Assembly: GCA_000934665.2 (NCBI GenBank)
Contig: KZ538379.1
Location: 62,001 to 115,387 of the forward strand
Direction of reading: 5' to 3'
DNA: 53,387 nucleotides
Origin: Catajapyx aquilonaris
Lineage: Eukaryota
Below the pieces are notes generated by a model that was not told the DNA's origin, did no database searches, and saw only the letters and a program-made list of their open reading frames with translations. How positions within the stretch are numbered: the first letter of the stretch is position 1; the number at the start of each line of letters is the position of its first letter. Below are positions 35,461 through 45,750 of this stretch, piece by piece. A program made the translations under genes and the position numbers.

Positions 35461-36477
35461 GTAAGTGTCGCCACCTGTTTCATTCGGATCCAAAATGGCG
35501 CCCGAATAGAAATGGCATCCTTCCGCAATATTTGAAGATGTGTCAAACGACTGATAACACATATCCCACGTTTGTGTTATGGGGAGGGAATGAAGCCACT
35601 TGCATAGATGATTTAACTAAATTTGGATCCAAAATGGCGCCCGAAAAGTGTGCATGAGCTCTATTTGGATATGTTGTAGTGAGTGCATGCTAATACCTAT
35701 GCCATCATTACGTTCTGTTTTGCCAAGGGTCGCCATCTGGGGCTGGAAAACAATTTAATTTGGATCCAAAATGGCACCCTAAGCCACTTTCACTTCGAAT
35801 CCAATATGGCGCCACCGGTTGGATTTAAAATGGCGTCGGATTAGAAATGTATCCGACAATAACTAGTTATCATCCCGCTTTATTGTAGAAGTGTTGTAGC
35901 GAGCACGTGCTGACAAGTTACTTTAGTGTTGTGTCGGATAACCCCCACGAGCCTTTTGTTGCCATGCGCCCCCTCCGCCCCTCAAAACCACTGTTTTGAA
36001 TTGAAGCCTGGGACACCCTATTTGTTCCATGTGCGACCATCCTGTCAGCCGAGGTTTGCTGAAAATTACAGGATATGTATGTAGCAGCAAGTGAATTGTG
36101 GCGTGTAGATGCGATCAGGCCAAACACCCCCCTCCCTCCCTCCCCTCCACACATCCACCCACCCACACCCACACCCAACACCCACCCTGCAGCGCTCACC
36201 CCCTCCAGCATGTTGTAAATAGGTGACACACTGCCCACATGTAAACAGATAGCTTCGTTTCATACACATGCAAACAAACTGGCCAACAAGCCCCGGAGGC
36301 GAAGCTTTTCAATTTTTGGAGGTAGGGAAGGGAAGGGAGAGGGAGAGGGAGGTCAGAATTAACTAATGATTGGACAACATGGCCGGGAATAATCGGGGCC
36401 AATCAGGACTTTATCAGTAAGAAGGGAGGCTATGCGACACCTAGTTCAAAAATTTACGGATAGTTGGGCTTCGTTAA

Positions 36478-36975
36478 TAATCGATATTAAGTTTTGCGAT
36501 GTATCGATGCATCGATATGGCATATCAAGATGTATCGATATGGCATACCATGATGTATCGATATGGCATACCATGATGTATCGATATGGCATACCATGAT
36601 GTATCGATATGGCACACCATGATGTATCGATATGGCACACCATGATGTATCGATATAACATGTCATGATGTATCGATATAACATGTCATGATATATCGAT
36701 ATATCAGGTCATTATGTATCGATATATCAGGTCATTATGTATCGATATATCAGGTCATTATGTATCGATATCTCAGGTCATTATGTATCGATATGGCATG
36801 TCAAAATGTATCGATATGGCATATCATCCTTTATCGATATGACATATCATTATGTATCGATATAAATTTTCATGATATATCGATTTGACGACATTGCCTT
36901 TGACAATATATCGATGTTACCTTTTGTGATGCATCGATATTATTGATACAGTTTGTTTTGCTATTTATCGATATT
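36478..36975. repeat. 23-bp minisatellite containing TATCGATA
   Basis: tgtatcgatatggcataccatga, period 23, drifting to tgtatcgatatatcaggtcatta. Confidence 0.92.
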
Positions 36976-37150
36976 ACTGGCTGGCGTCTTGGGCCACGCC
37001 ATTGGCTGCATGATACGTCACTGTGGTTATAGCTGTTTTCCCCATTTCACTGCGATATTCATGTTGAGCTACTTAACTTCAAGCAGTTGCTTTCCCGCAG
37101 TTATTTTGCCGATTACCGAAAATGTTAGCTACCAATATTAGGTTGAATAG

Positions 37151-37151
<1 letters not shown>

Positions 37152-37209
<58 letters not shown>
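37152..37209. repeat. (ATT)n microsatellite
   Basis: About 19 ATT units. Confidence 0.95.
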
Positions 37210-37808
37210 CGGTGTAAGTGATGTTGCATGTGCACTTTGTTGCATGCGTGTTGAGAGCATGGTTTTTGCGGTTCGGATGAAGCAACCCCGATCCTTTTTA
37301 TGGGGTTTTGCAATGACGGACAAGTGGAAAACCTCAGCATGAAGGTGGCCAGCATGTGCGAAAAAAACACCCTCGGAGCTCTTTTCCGGAAGGGGTCGCT
37401 TTTTTGCGAGCGAAATTTTGGCGCTTCAATTTCCGCTTCTCACGCCCTCTACCACCTGGTGAGTAGCTTCGGGGGTCATACACTCTGTCTTTTAATGCTC
37501 TAATTTTATCCTAGCCCCACTGAGAGGGGTTAACAACTTCCTAAGTCCAGATTGGAAACTAATAAATCCTGCTTGAAAATTGCAATACCTATTTTTGCAA
37601 AAACGACAGGTTTGTTTATCCTAGCGCCCAGTTTAAATGTTGTTGATTTTTTTGCAAAAGGAGCAAGCTGATTTTAGCTTCAGGTTGCTGAGGTCAACAA
37701 ACCATAACATACTGAATTGAGGGTCCGATCTATGCAACAAAAATCGCTGATTCCAAATTTGGAATCGGCGATTTCTTTCTGATATTTTAGCCCACTTTTG
37801 CATGGGCA

Positions 37809-38151
37809 CATGCACTGAAATGAGTAAGGTAGCAGACGTGAAGCTCAAATTAGGATCCAAGAGAGGCGATCCGTCCTCTATCACTTGTCACTATGTATCG
37901 AAGCATAGATAGCAGTCGTCACTATGATTGTATCAAAGTATCGATATCTCTTGTCACTATGTATCAAAGAATCGATATCACTTGTCACTATTATCAAAGT
38001 ATCGATATAATTTGTCATATGTCGATGTAATTAATCTTGCCGAGATGTATCGATGTCCGTTATTACCTTTGACATCATATCGATATTATATATTATCTTT
38101 TAGAGGCTAATTTGAGCTTAAGGTCTTCTACCTTACTCCTTTCAGTGACTG
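37809..38151. mobile_element. Tc1/mariner-type MITE with internal ATCGAT-rich repeats
   Basis: About 55-bp imperfect TIRs (cactgaaatgagtaaggtagcagacgtgaagctcaaattag / ctaatttgagcttaaggtcttctaccttactcctttcagtgactg, then TA). A related collapsed copy lies at 52372-52677. Confidence 0.65.
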
Positions 38152-38255
38152 TACGTGACTCTAAATGACAGGATTTTAGTTGCTAGTTGCGCGTCTATAT
38201 AGTCTAAGTTGTTCAGCAGTACAAAGGTTGAGAAGTTGACCTTCAATTTTTGCAG

Positions 38256-38560
38256 AGATCAAGCTTCCGCGCAGGTCAAAGTACCCGAAGCAGATATCAC
38301 ACAAGCTGGACCGTTCCCAGTCGTTGGGTTCAGACGAGGACGAAGACGCTGAGGAAGGAGAGAGTGACTATGACGACTACAACGGCTATCAGGGGTCTCT
38401 TCGCGAGGATGACGAGGAGGAAGAGGAGGTGGCCAGCAGGCCAGACATCCAGGGGTCGACGCACCCGGCCACGCAGAGCACAGGGAGTAGGCCAGAACCC
38501 GCCATCTTGGCAGCCGCCATCTTGTCATCGGCCGCCATCTTGTGTCTTTGGTCGAGTTGA
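38256..38560 (+). CDS. DIP-beta: DIP-beta-like terminal coding exon: stalk and probable GPI-anchor signal
   Basis: Acceptor caatttttgcag. The phase-1 join gives ...IRLY-E-IKLPRR, matching the usual DIP IRLYEI junction. It is in frame with ORF 38324-38560 and ends ...QSTGSRPEPAILAAAILSSAAILCLWSS-stop: small-residue omega region, spacer, hydrophobic tail, no cytoplasmic domain. Confidence 0.85.
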
Positions 38561-39029
38561 AGGCCGCCGGTCTGTGCCTGCTCTCTCGTGTCTGGTGCTA
38601 GTAGTGTTTTTTCGTCTAGGACCTTTGCTGGACCTGGAAGGACCTTCTCGCGACAGGATTTTATTTCCAAAACAATGTACTGTATCCGCCTGTTTCCTCC
38701 CACTTGGTGAGGGGTTTATTGTTTACAATGGGGGTCGCCATATTTGTATTATTTATATATTTTGCTAGGCAGGTGGGAGGGGATGCTCGCCTGCGACACC
38801 TGTGTGCCAAAAATGGATTTAAATTCCTCCCCACTTACTCCCACTTCTACCTACCCGCCATTAAGAAAACAGTGTTGGACATTGTTGGACCGTCGTGAGC
38901 AGAAAGTTGGTTAGTATGGTGACAAATGACAGTTTTGGTTGATTGTTGGCACTAAGCTGCTTGTTTTAAAACCAGGACGAAAAAGTTATCAAAATAACCA
39001 GCAATAACCCCGGTGAAATTGGGCCCCTG

Positions 39030-39332
39030 TAATATATCGATATGTATTGAGATATACTGATTGATCAGAACTGTAATTGTGTTCATAATGTGCTGATATA
39101 TCGATACTTGTTTTGGAATGCATCGATATATCGATGTTATCAAATGTACTGATTTATCGATATCCTGTTTCGAGATATACCGATATATCGATATTCTGTT
39201 TCACGATGTACCGATATATTGATATTTTGTTTCGATAAGTATCGATATATCGATGTTTTGCAGTATATTGATTTTTATATTGCGTTTCTAGATAGGCCGA
39301 TATATCGATATTCCTGGGTGGCCCGATCACTT
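39030..39332. repeat. CGATATATCG-rich degenerate array, probably a hAT subterminal remnant
   Basis: Repeated cgatatatcgat. Ends gcccgatcact, whose reverse complement resembles hAT TIRs of the TAGTGATGGGC type. Confidence 0.6.
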
Positions 39333-40200
39333 CCCAACAGTATTAGCTGTTAATATTAGGCTGAATATCGAAGACACAAAATATTGCAAAGAATTTACTG
39401 TTGCGAATGACTCATTTTAATAGTTTAAAAAAATGGGTTCAGCCAACTAATTATCATCTAATATTTTAATATCTGCTTGAAATCTCAGCCGTTAAAAAAG
39501 CATGTTAGAAACAAATTGGAGATGATAGCAAATGAGTAATATTATCAGCGTATATTAATTATATGAACTGTTAAAAATGAGCGCCTCAGGTCAATAAATT
39601 TCTAAATAAAACTAGACCCATCTTGAATAAAAGCAACACTGTTAAAGGAACAGCAGAAGACTTACTGACACATTGTTGCCATCCGCCAACACCTTGCTCA
39701 CGGCGGTTGTCCTTTGTTGCCCAATTTCTTCCGACAATATCGTTGTAGCCGTTATCGCCAGCTGTTATGTTAACCTCTGGAAACCAACTTTGGGGGGCTT
39801 CTGTGTTGTCCATCTTTGAAAAAAAAAGAATAATAATAATGTTGCAATGAGCCAAAAAAATAACAGGCCGAGGGAGTGTGTTGCCATGTTCTTTGTCCCC
39901 GCAGCCGGAACTCTGATTGGTCGAGAAAGGAGCATCGTCGGGATCCGTGTTTTGTCCAAATATTTGTTGTTTCGAAAAAAAAAGGGGGGTGGTTTTTCAT
40001 TCCTCACTAGGAGCCTGCTGCTGTTTCCAATCCACACCTCGAGGGCGGCGCTACGTGTGTATGTGGTGTAGAAACCAAAAAAATAACTATTAAAAATAAC
40101 TATTAAAAATAAATAAACAAAAAAAGAATGCCGATGACGTATATAAAAAAGAGAGAGAAATACAACACGCAAGATGTGACTATTTCTACATGCTAGAAAT

Positions 40201-40320
40201 CTGTACATAAATTAACTGTTATTGTAAGAAACGCTAGACGTCAACAACTTGTTCTCGGAAAAAAATAAAAAATAAAGAGGGGTTTCAAGTACCGATTATT
40301 GTTTTACCAGTGTTTGCACA
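40201..40320 (+). terminator. Candidate polyadenylation region of the DIP gene
   Basis: Tandem AATAAA at 40264 and 40271, upstream TGTACATA (40202-40209), downstream GT/T-rich tract, about 1.7 kb after the stop. Other AATAAA hexamers exist (40108-40117), so the site is not unique. Confidence 0.35.
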
Positions 40321-40429
40321 TGACAATATTGTGATATTATTTACAGATTCGATGAAAAACAAGCGTCATAATATTGGACACCCCGACCTAGATCTAAGCC
40401 TATATGATCCAGATCCAGATCGGTAGATG

Positions 40430-41765
40430 ACATATTTTAATCAGTTATGTTTATGTTACTTTCCTACCGTTACAAGTAGCAGTTATTTTCCAGTCGTTAT
40501 TTTAGCAGTTATTTGCATTATTTGTAGCTGTTACTTTCCAGTAGTTATTAGTATCAGTTATTTTCCACCATTATCAGAACCAGTTATTTTCCACCATTAT
40601 CAGGAGCAGTTATTTTCCACCATTATCAGGAGCAGTTATTTTCCACTATTATCAGAAGCAGTTATTTTCCACAGCTTGATTTATTATTTATAATTGTTAT
40701 TTGTAGCAGCTACTTTCCAACGTGAATAGTATCATTACTTTTAGCAGTTATTAGTATCAGTTGCTCCTCAGTAATTTGTTTCAATCCCTATAATATAGGT
40801 ATTATTTGTAATAGTTATCACAGATATTAGTTTCTGGCTTAAATTCGACTGTCGAGAGGCTCGATTGGCCAGATAGGGGCGAGGGTGTTGCCAGCTGGTG
40901 TAGCGATCCAGGTAAATGGTTATATATACGTGGGGCCATGTCAGCCTCCGAAAGAAGAAGGTGCGGTTTGCGTGACCCCCGTGACCCACTCGCGGCAGAC
41001 GCTTCCTGAACTGCTGGTGGGGGATTGGACACGTTTTTCGGATGGAGGTTTTTTTTTCGATTCTGATGTTGCTGCACACCATACCCGATACTTTTTTTTC
41101 TCTCTCTCTTCTACAAAGAGGCGCAGAACAGAGTGTGCCGAAAACGTGCTGGACCTCCCGCTGATACAAACCACGCTCACTTTCCACAGATAGTTGCAGA
41201 AAAACGACAAGTTTTCGATTAAGCAGTTTATTAATTTTAGCTGTTATGTGCATCAGTAACTTTTAGTCAATTTTTATATCAGTTATTTTCCCCACTGCTA
41301 ATAGTAGCAGTTGCGTTATTTATATCAGTTATTTTCCCCGCTGTTACTGGTAGCAGCTGCGTTATTTATATCGACTATTTCCCTGTCTCTTTCCAGTATC
41401 AGTTGCGTTATTTGAATAAGTTCCGACCGTTATTTATATCGTATATTTTCCTCACTATTACTGGTGGCAGTTATATTGTATCAGCACTATTTTTACTGTA
41501 ACTAGTAGCAGATGCGTTATTTGTATCGGTTATTTTCCTCACTGTTACTGGTAGCAGAACATTGAATCAGTTGCTTTTCACTGTTACTAGTAACAGATAT
41601 GTTGTTTGTATCAGTTAATTTCCTTGGTATTGCTAGTAGCAGTTTCGTTGTTTGTATAAGTTATTTTCCTCACTGTTACTGGTAGCAGTTATATAGTATC
41701 AGTAACTTTTCAGTGTCACTAACAGCAGATGCGTTATCAGCTACTTGCCGACAGTTTTTGTATCA
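40430..41765. repeat. Two CAGTTATTTTCC/TAGCAG-rich degenerate islands (40430-40770 and 41230-41765) including a 26-bp unit x4
   Basis: cagttattttccaccattatcag(a/g)a, period 26 (40561, 40587). Recurrent gttactggtagcag. Confidence 0.75.
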
Positions 41766-41842
41766 ATTATCACATACGGTATGTTTGTTTCTGATTGGCA
41801 TACTTGATTCGTAGCGATTTTGGCACTAATAAGCTGCTTGTT

Positions 41843-42236
41843 AGTCACTCGGTGACACCAATAATAACCCAAGTTGCAATTTTTGGCTGCGATTTGCTTA
41901 TTTCCAACAAGTTACTTTCGACCCTGCTTCTTAAAGTGTCAAAAATATTAGGCGCTAATATTAGCTTGATTATCATTATTGGTCAAAATATGCTCCAAAA
42001 TTCAGTTAAGGACGAAGTAGCTACATTTAATGGTCACGGATATTGAGTTGTTTAAAGCAGGTAGCCCTTTAATGAATTTTGGAGCATATTTTGACAGATA
42101 TTAATGACAATCAAGCTATAATATTAGCGCCTAATATTTTTGACACTTTAAGAAGCAGGGTCGAAAGTAACGGGTTGGAAATAAGCAAATCGCTGCCAAA
42201 TATTGCAACTTGGGGTACTGGTGTCACCGAGTGACT
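41843..42236. mobile_element. Foldback MITE with about 165-bp inverted arms, unclassified
   Basis: AGTCACTCGGTGACACCA...TGGTGTCACCGAGTGACT with nearly perfect arms around a spacer of about 60 bp. No recognisable TSD. Confidence 0.8.
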
Positions 42237-43044
42237 TTTGGCAAAATAATATTCCCCCCACATTTTATGTACAGAGGAATGAGTGTATTGCGACAGTTGG
42301 TGCGTGTAATGCAGGTCCTGCGCCATTTTCGATCCATAAAGCCAACCCCCGCCTCAACCCCCAACCCCACTGTAAATTAATTTTCCATGTACAACCGGCA
42401 TTAATAGAAAGTTAAGTTGCTGTTTATTTCCTGTCCGTTTGGGCTGCGGGGAGAGGATTAAAATCCCCAGGCCTGTAATGAAATAATGGACCACCAACAA
42501 TTGGCAATGTTCATTTACAATAGGGAATAAATGCAGCGGAAAAAAACTGAGTTTGAATCCGGTTTTTACAAGCCCCACCCACTTTTTTTTTTAAACCGGT
42601 GCTATTGTTCGTCCTAATCCAATTTGAGTCCAAAATTTGACGAATATTCGGGATGTGCAAATTTTTTTGCCCAACTTTTCAGGTGAGCTGATTCAACAGG
42701 TTTGTTTGAGTACTGCTTGTACGAATCGAACCTCGGAACACAGTAGTTTTTTTTGCGCAAAAAAATTGGACGCATTGTTGGGATCCGCAGCGTACACAAT
42801 CGCAGGTAAATACGAGCATGAATTATGCATTACATAAATTGCATGGCATCATTACCAGGGACATTTTTGAAATGCTCGTTTTCGAAGCATCAGCAAAAGT
42901 TGGGTGCATAACGCAGCCATTTTGTGCCCCTGTTTGTCCAGGTTGAGTCATCACGGTGTATACAGTACAGTACCCGACAGTACCGCTACCCATCGTACGA
43001 CCCTGAGAGTGGCAGTAGTGCACTCTATCCCTCTGTGTGATTGA

Positions 43045-43850
43045 AACTAATAACAAATTAACTGACTAATTTCCAACTAAAAATAACTAATAGTTAATTA
43101 CTAATTTCTAACTAATAACTAATAGTTAATTACTAATTTCTAACTAATAACTAATAGTTAATTACTAATTTCTAACTAATAACTAATAGTTAATTACTAA
43201 TTTCTAACTAATAACTGATAGTTAATTACTAATTTCTAACTAATAACTAATAACTAATTTCTAACTAATAACTAATTCCTATAAATAACTAATAACTAAA
43301 CTGACTAGTAACTATATCAACTCAATGACTAGCTAATACCTAACTAATAGATAACTAATAATTAATAGCTAACTAGCTAATGGCTAATATCTGACTAGAT
43401 CATAGCTAATACCTAACTAATAAATAATTAATAATTAATAGCTAACTAGCTAATGGCTAATAACTGACTAGATCATAGCTAATACCTAACTAATAGATAA
43501 CTAATAATTAATAGCTACGGTAACTAGCTAATGGCTAATAACTGACTGGATCATAGCTAATAGATAACTAATAATTAATAGCTACGGTAACTAGCTAATG
43601 GCTAATAACTGACTAGATCATAGCTAATACCTAACTAATAGATAACTAATAATTAATAGCTACGGTAACTAGCTAATGGCTAATAACTGACTAGATCATA
43701 GCTAATAATTAAATGACCTACTAACATACTAATAACCAACTGAGAATAATAACTAATATCTGAGAATAATAACTAATAAGTAATAACCAATATCTGAGAA
43801 TAATAACTAATAAGTAATAATAAATATCGGAGAATAATATAGAAACTGAG
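43045..43850. repeat. AACTAAT-rich satellite: 32-bp unit x about 5, then an about 67-78-bp unit x about 5
   Basis: aataactaatagttaattactaatttctaact, period 32. gatcatagctaata at 43398, 43471, 43549, 43616 and 43694. Confidence 0.9.
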
Positions 43851-45079
43851 AGAATGCGCCGTCTATGTGAGAGATGTGGTACCACGTGGACAGTACCGTC
43901 ATATTAGCGATGTTGCCACAGTTTCCGTTAATGTTAGCGAAAGTGTCCATAGTTCTGACGATAGCATCGATAGTAATGTGCGGACGTGCCTGGCCAGATA
44001 GCGTTGTCTGGAACGTGTCTGGATCGTGTTTGAACGTGTCGCATCAGGCACGAGGAAAGAGAAAGTGGGCCTTGCCACCTCGCGTGATAAGAGATGGACT
44101 GCCACCAATCAAGTGTCGGCTCTGCAGGGGGGGGNNNNNNNNNNNNNNNNNNNNNNNNNNNNNATTTGATCTTGGAAGGGGAGGTGGGGGGAAGGCTGGG
44201 GGGGGGGGAAGGTCTGATGGCAATTTATTAACCTCCGGTCCTTTGAAGTCCCTGCAAATTGAGCGGCGTGTCTTTATATGACCTGACCTGGGTCATGGGT
44301 CACATCTGACCCAGGTTGGCCAATTAAGAAGTTTTTAACGTGTTTTTCCACTACCAGTGATGGTGTAAAAAGGTCGTTACATAAAGAAAGGGGAAAAAAG
44401 TGTAAGACCCTGTGGAGCACGCAAAAGTTCGCAAAAAGTGGGGGAAGGCGGTAGTGGGGGGGAGGTATTCAAAATTGGCAAAAATGTTTTACTGGAGGTC
44501 AAAATGGGGTCTCTGGAGTCAAATAGGTCTGAGGTCTAATGGATATACCTAGTCAGACACCGAGAAGATGTACAGGGTGTGTAAAAAGTCTTTCCATTTT
44601 CCTTCAACCTTTAGCTGAAATGGCAAAATTTGATGTCAGGTTTTTGCTGAATATTGCACTAGATGGGCCATAACCTTCCTTCCTTCCTTCCTCCCCCACT
44701 TTTTAAGGGAGCAGTCTCCCGGATGTCGCTTCTGATTAGCCAAACCCAACTGGCTGATCCAATTTTTCGCATCAGTTTATCTGCTCACGTAGTCACAGTT
44801 GTCTCTCGTCCGCCTTTCAAAATTAAGATTTCTGTCATCAAAGAGAACACTCTTCCTATCCCCTCTCTTATCATGTCTTGTGTATTTTCCTACCCTCTTC
44901 TCCTTCCCCCACTTTTTTTTTTGCTGAAGGGATGAAACTGAGAATATGAAAATGAGGGTAACGACTCTGACAGCCACATCGATTATGGCTTTATGTAAAC
45001 TTACGTCAAAAAATTGAGGAAGAAAAAACGCTAGTTGATTCTCTTTGAACAGGTTGTTAGACCAACAATCTATTTTAGC

Positions 45080-45750
45080 TCATTGGTCACACGTAAAACT
45101 ACTCTTCCCTTTTATCTTTGGTTACTAGTAAAACCACTAGTATGTCACTCTTTACGTCACTTATAAAATGATTTGCATGTCACTCTTTAGTCTCTAAAAT
45201 CCACTAGTTTTCACTCATAAAACCACTCGTACGTGCCTCTATAGCCATTTTACATATCATTTATGTTCCTCTGAGGTCACACATAAAACCATTCTTAGAC
45301 ACTTTTGATAACTCGTAAAATGACTCCTATGTCACTCTTTGGTCGCCCATAAAACCGCTCGTATTCAACTTTTTTGTTTATTCATAAAACCACTCGAAAG
45401 TCCTTTGTTCACTCATAAACCAATCGTAACTCCTTTGTTCACTCATAAAACCACTCGTAAGCCCTTTGTTCACTCATAAAACCACTCGTATGTCCTTTGT
45501 TCACTCATAAAACCACTAGAACAAGGGTTCTTAACCTTTTCGGGCCTCCTCACCCCTTTCAAGGCAGTTGGTCCTTGTCGCACCCCCTATACCAACGGTT
45601 GATTGATTAAGTTCATAGTTAGTAGTGCACTAGTATGTCACTCTGTGGTCACTCACACAACGATTCCTTATTTCACTTTTGTTCACTCAAAAAACCACTC
45701 TTACGACACTTTGATGGTCACTCACATGTCGCTCTTTGCTCACTCATCAA
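45080..45750. repeat. Degenerate about 31-bp minisatellite (cctttgttcactcataaaaccactcgta)
   Basis: Clean units at about 45401, 45431, 45462 and 45493, with diverged copies either side. Confidence 0.8.
45522..45590 (+). mobile_element. Left end of a hAT/Charlie-like element (fragment)
   Basis: CTAGAA followed by CAAGGGTTCTTAACCTTTT resembles the hAT-Charlie TIR (CAGGGGTTCTTAACC) and its TAGA-containing target. No matching right end found. Confidence 0.35.

Noticed and set aside
38558..38710. Stop-codon readthrough extension of the DIP protein
   Set aside because: The stop context is TGA-A rather than the leaky TGA-C, and an extension would abolish the GPI signal. No supporting evidence.
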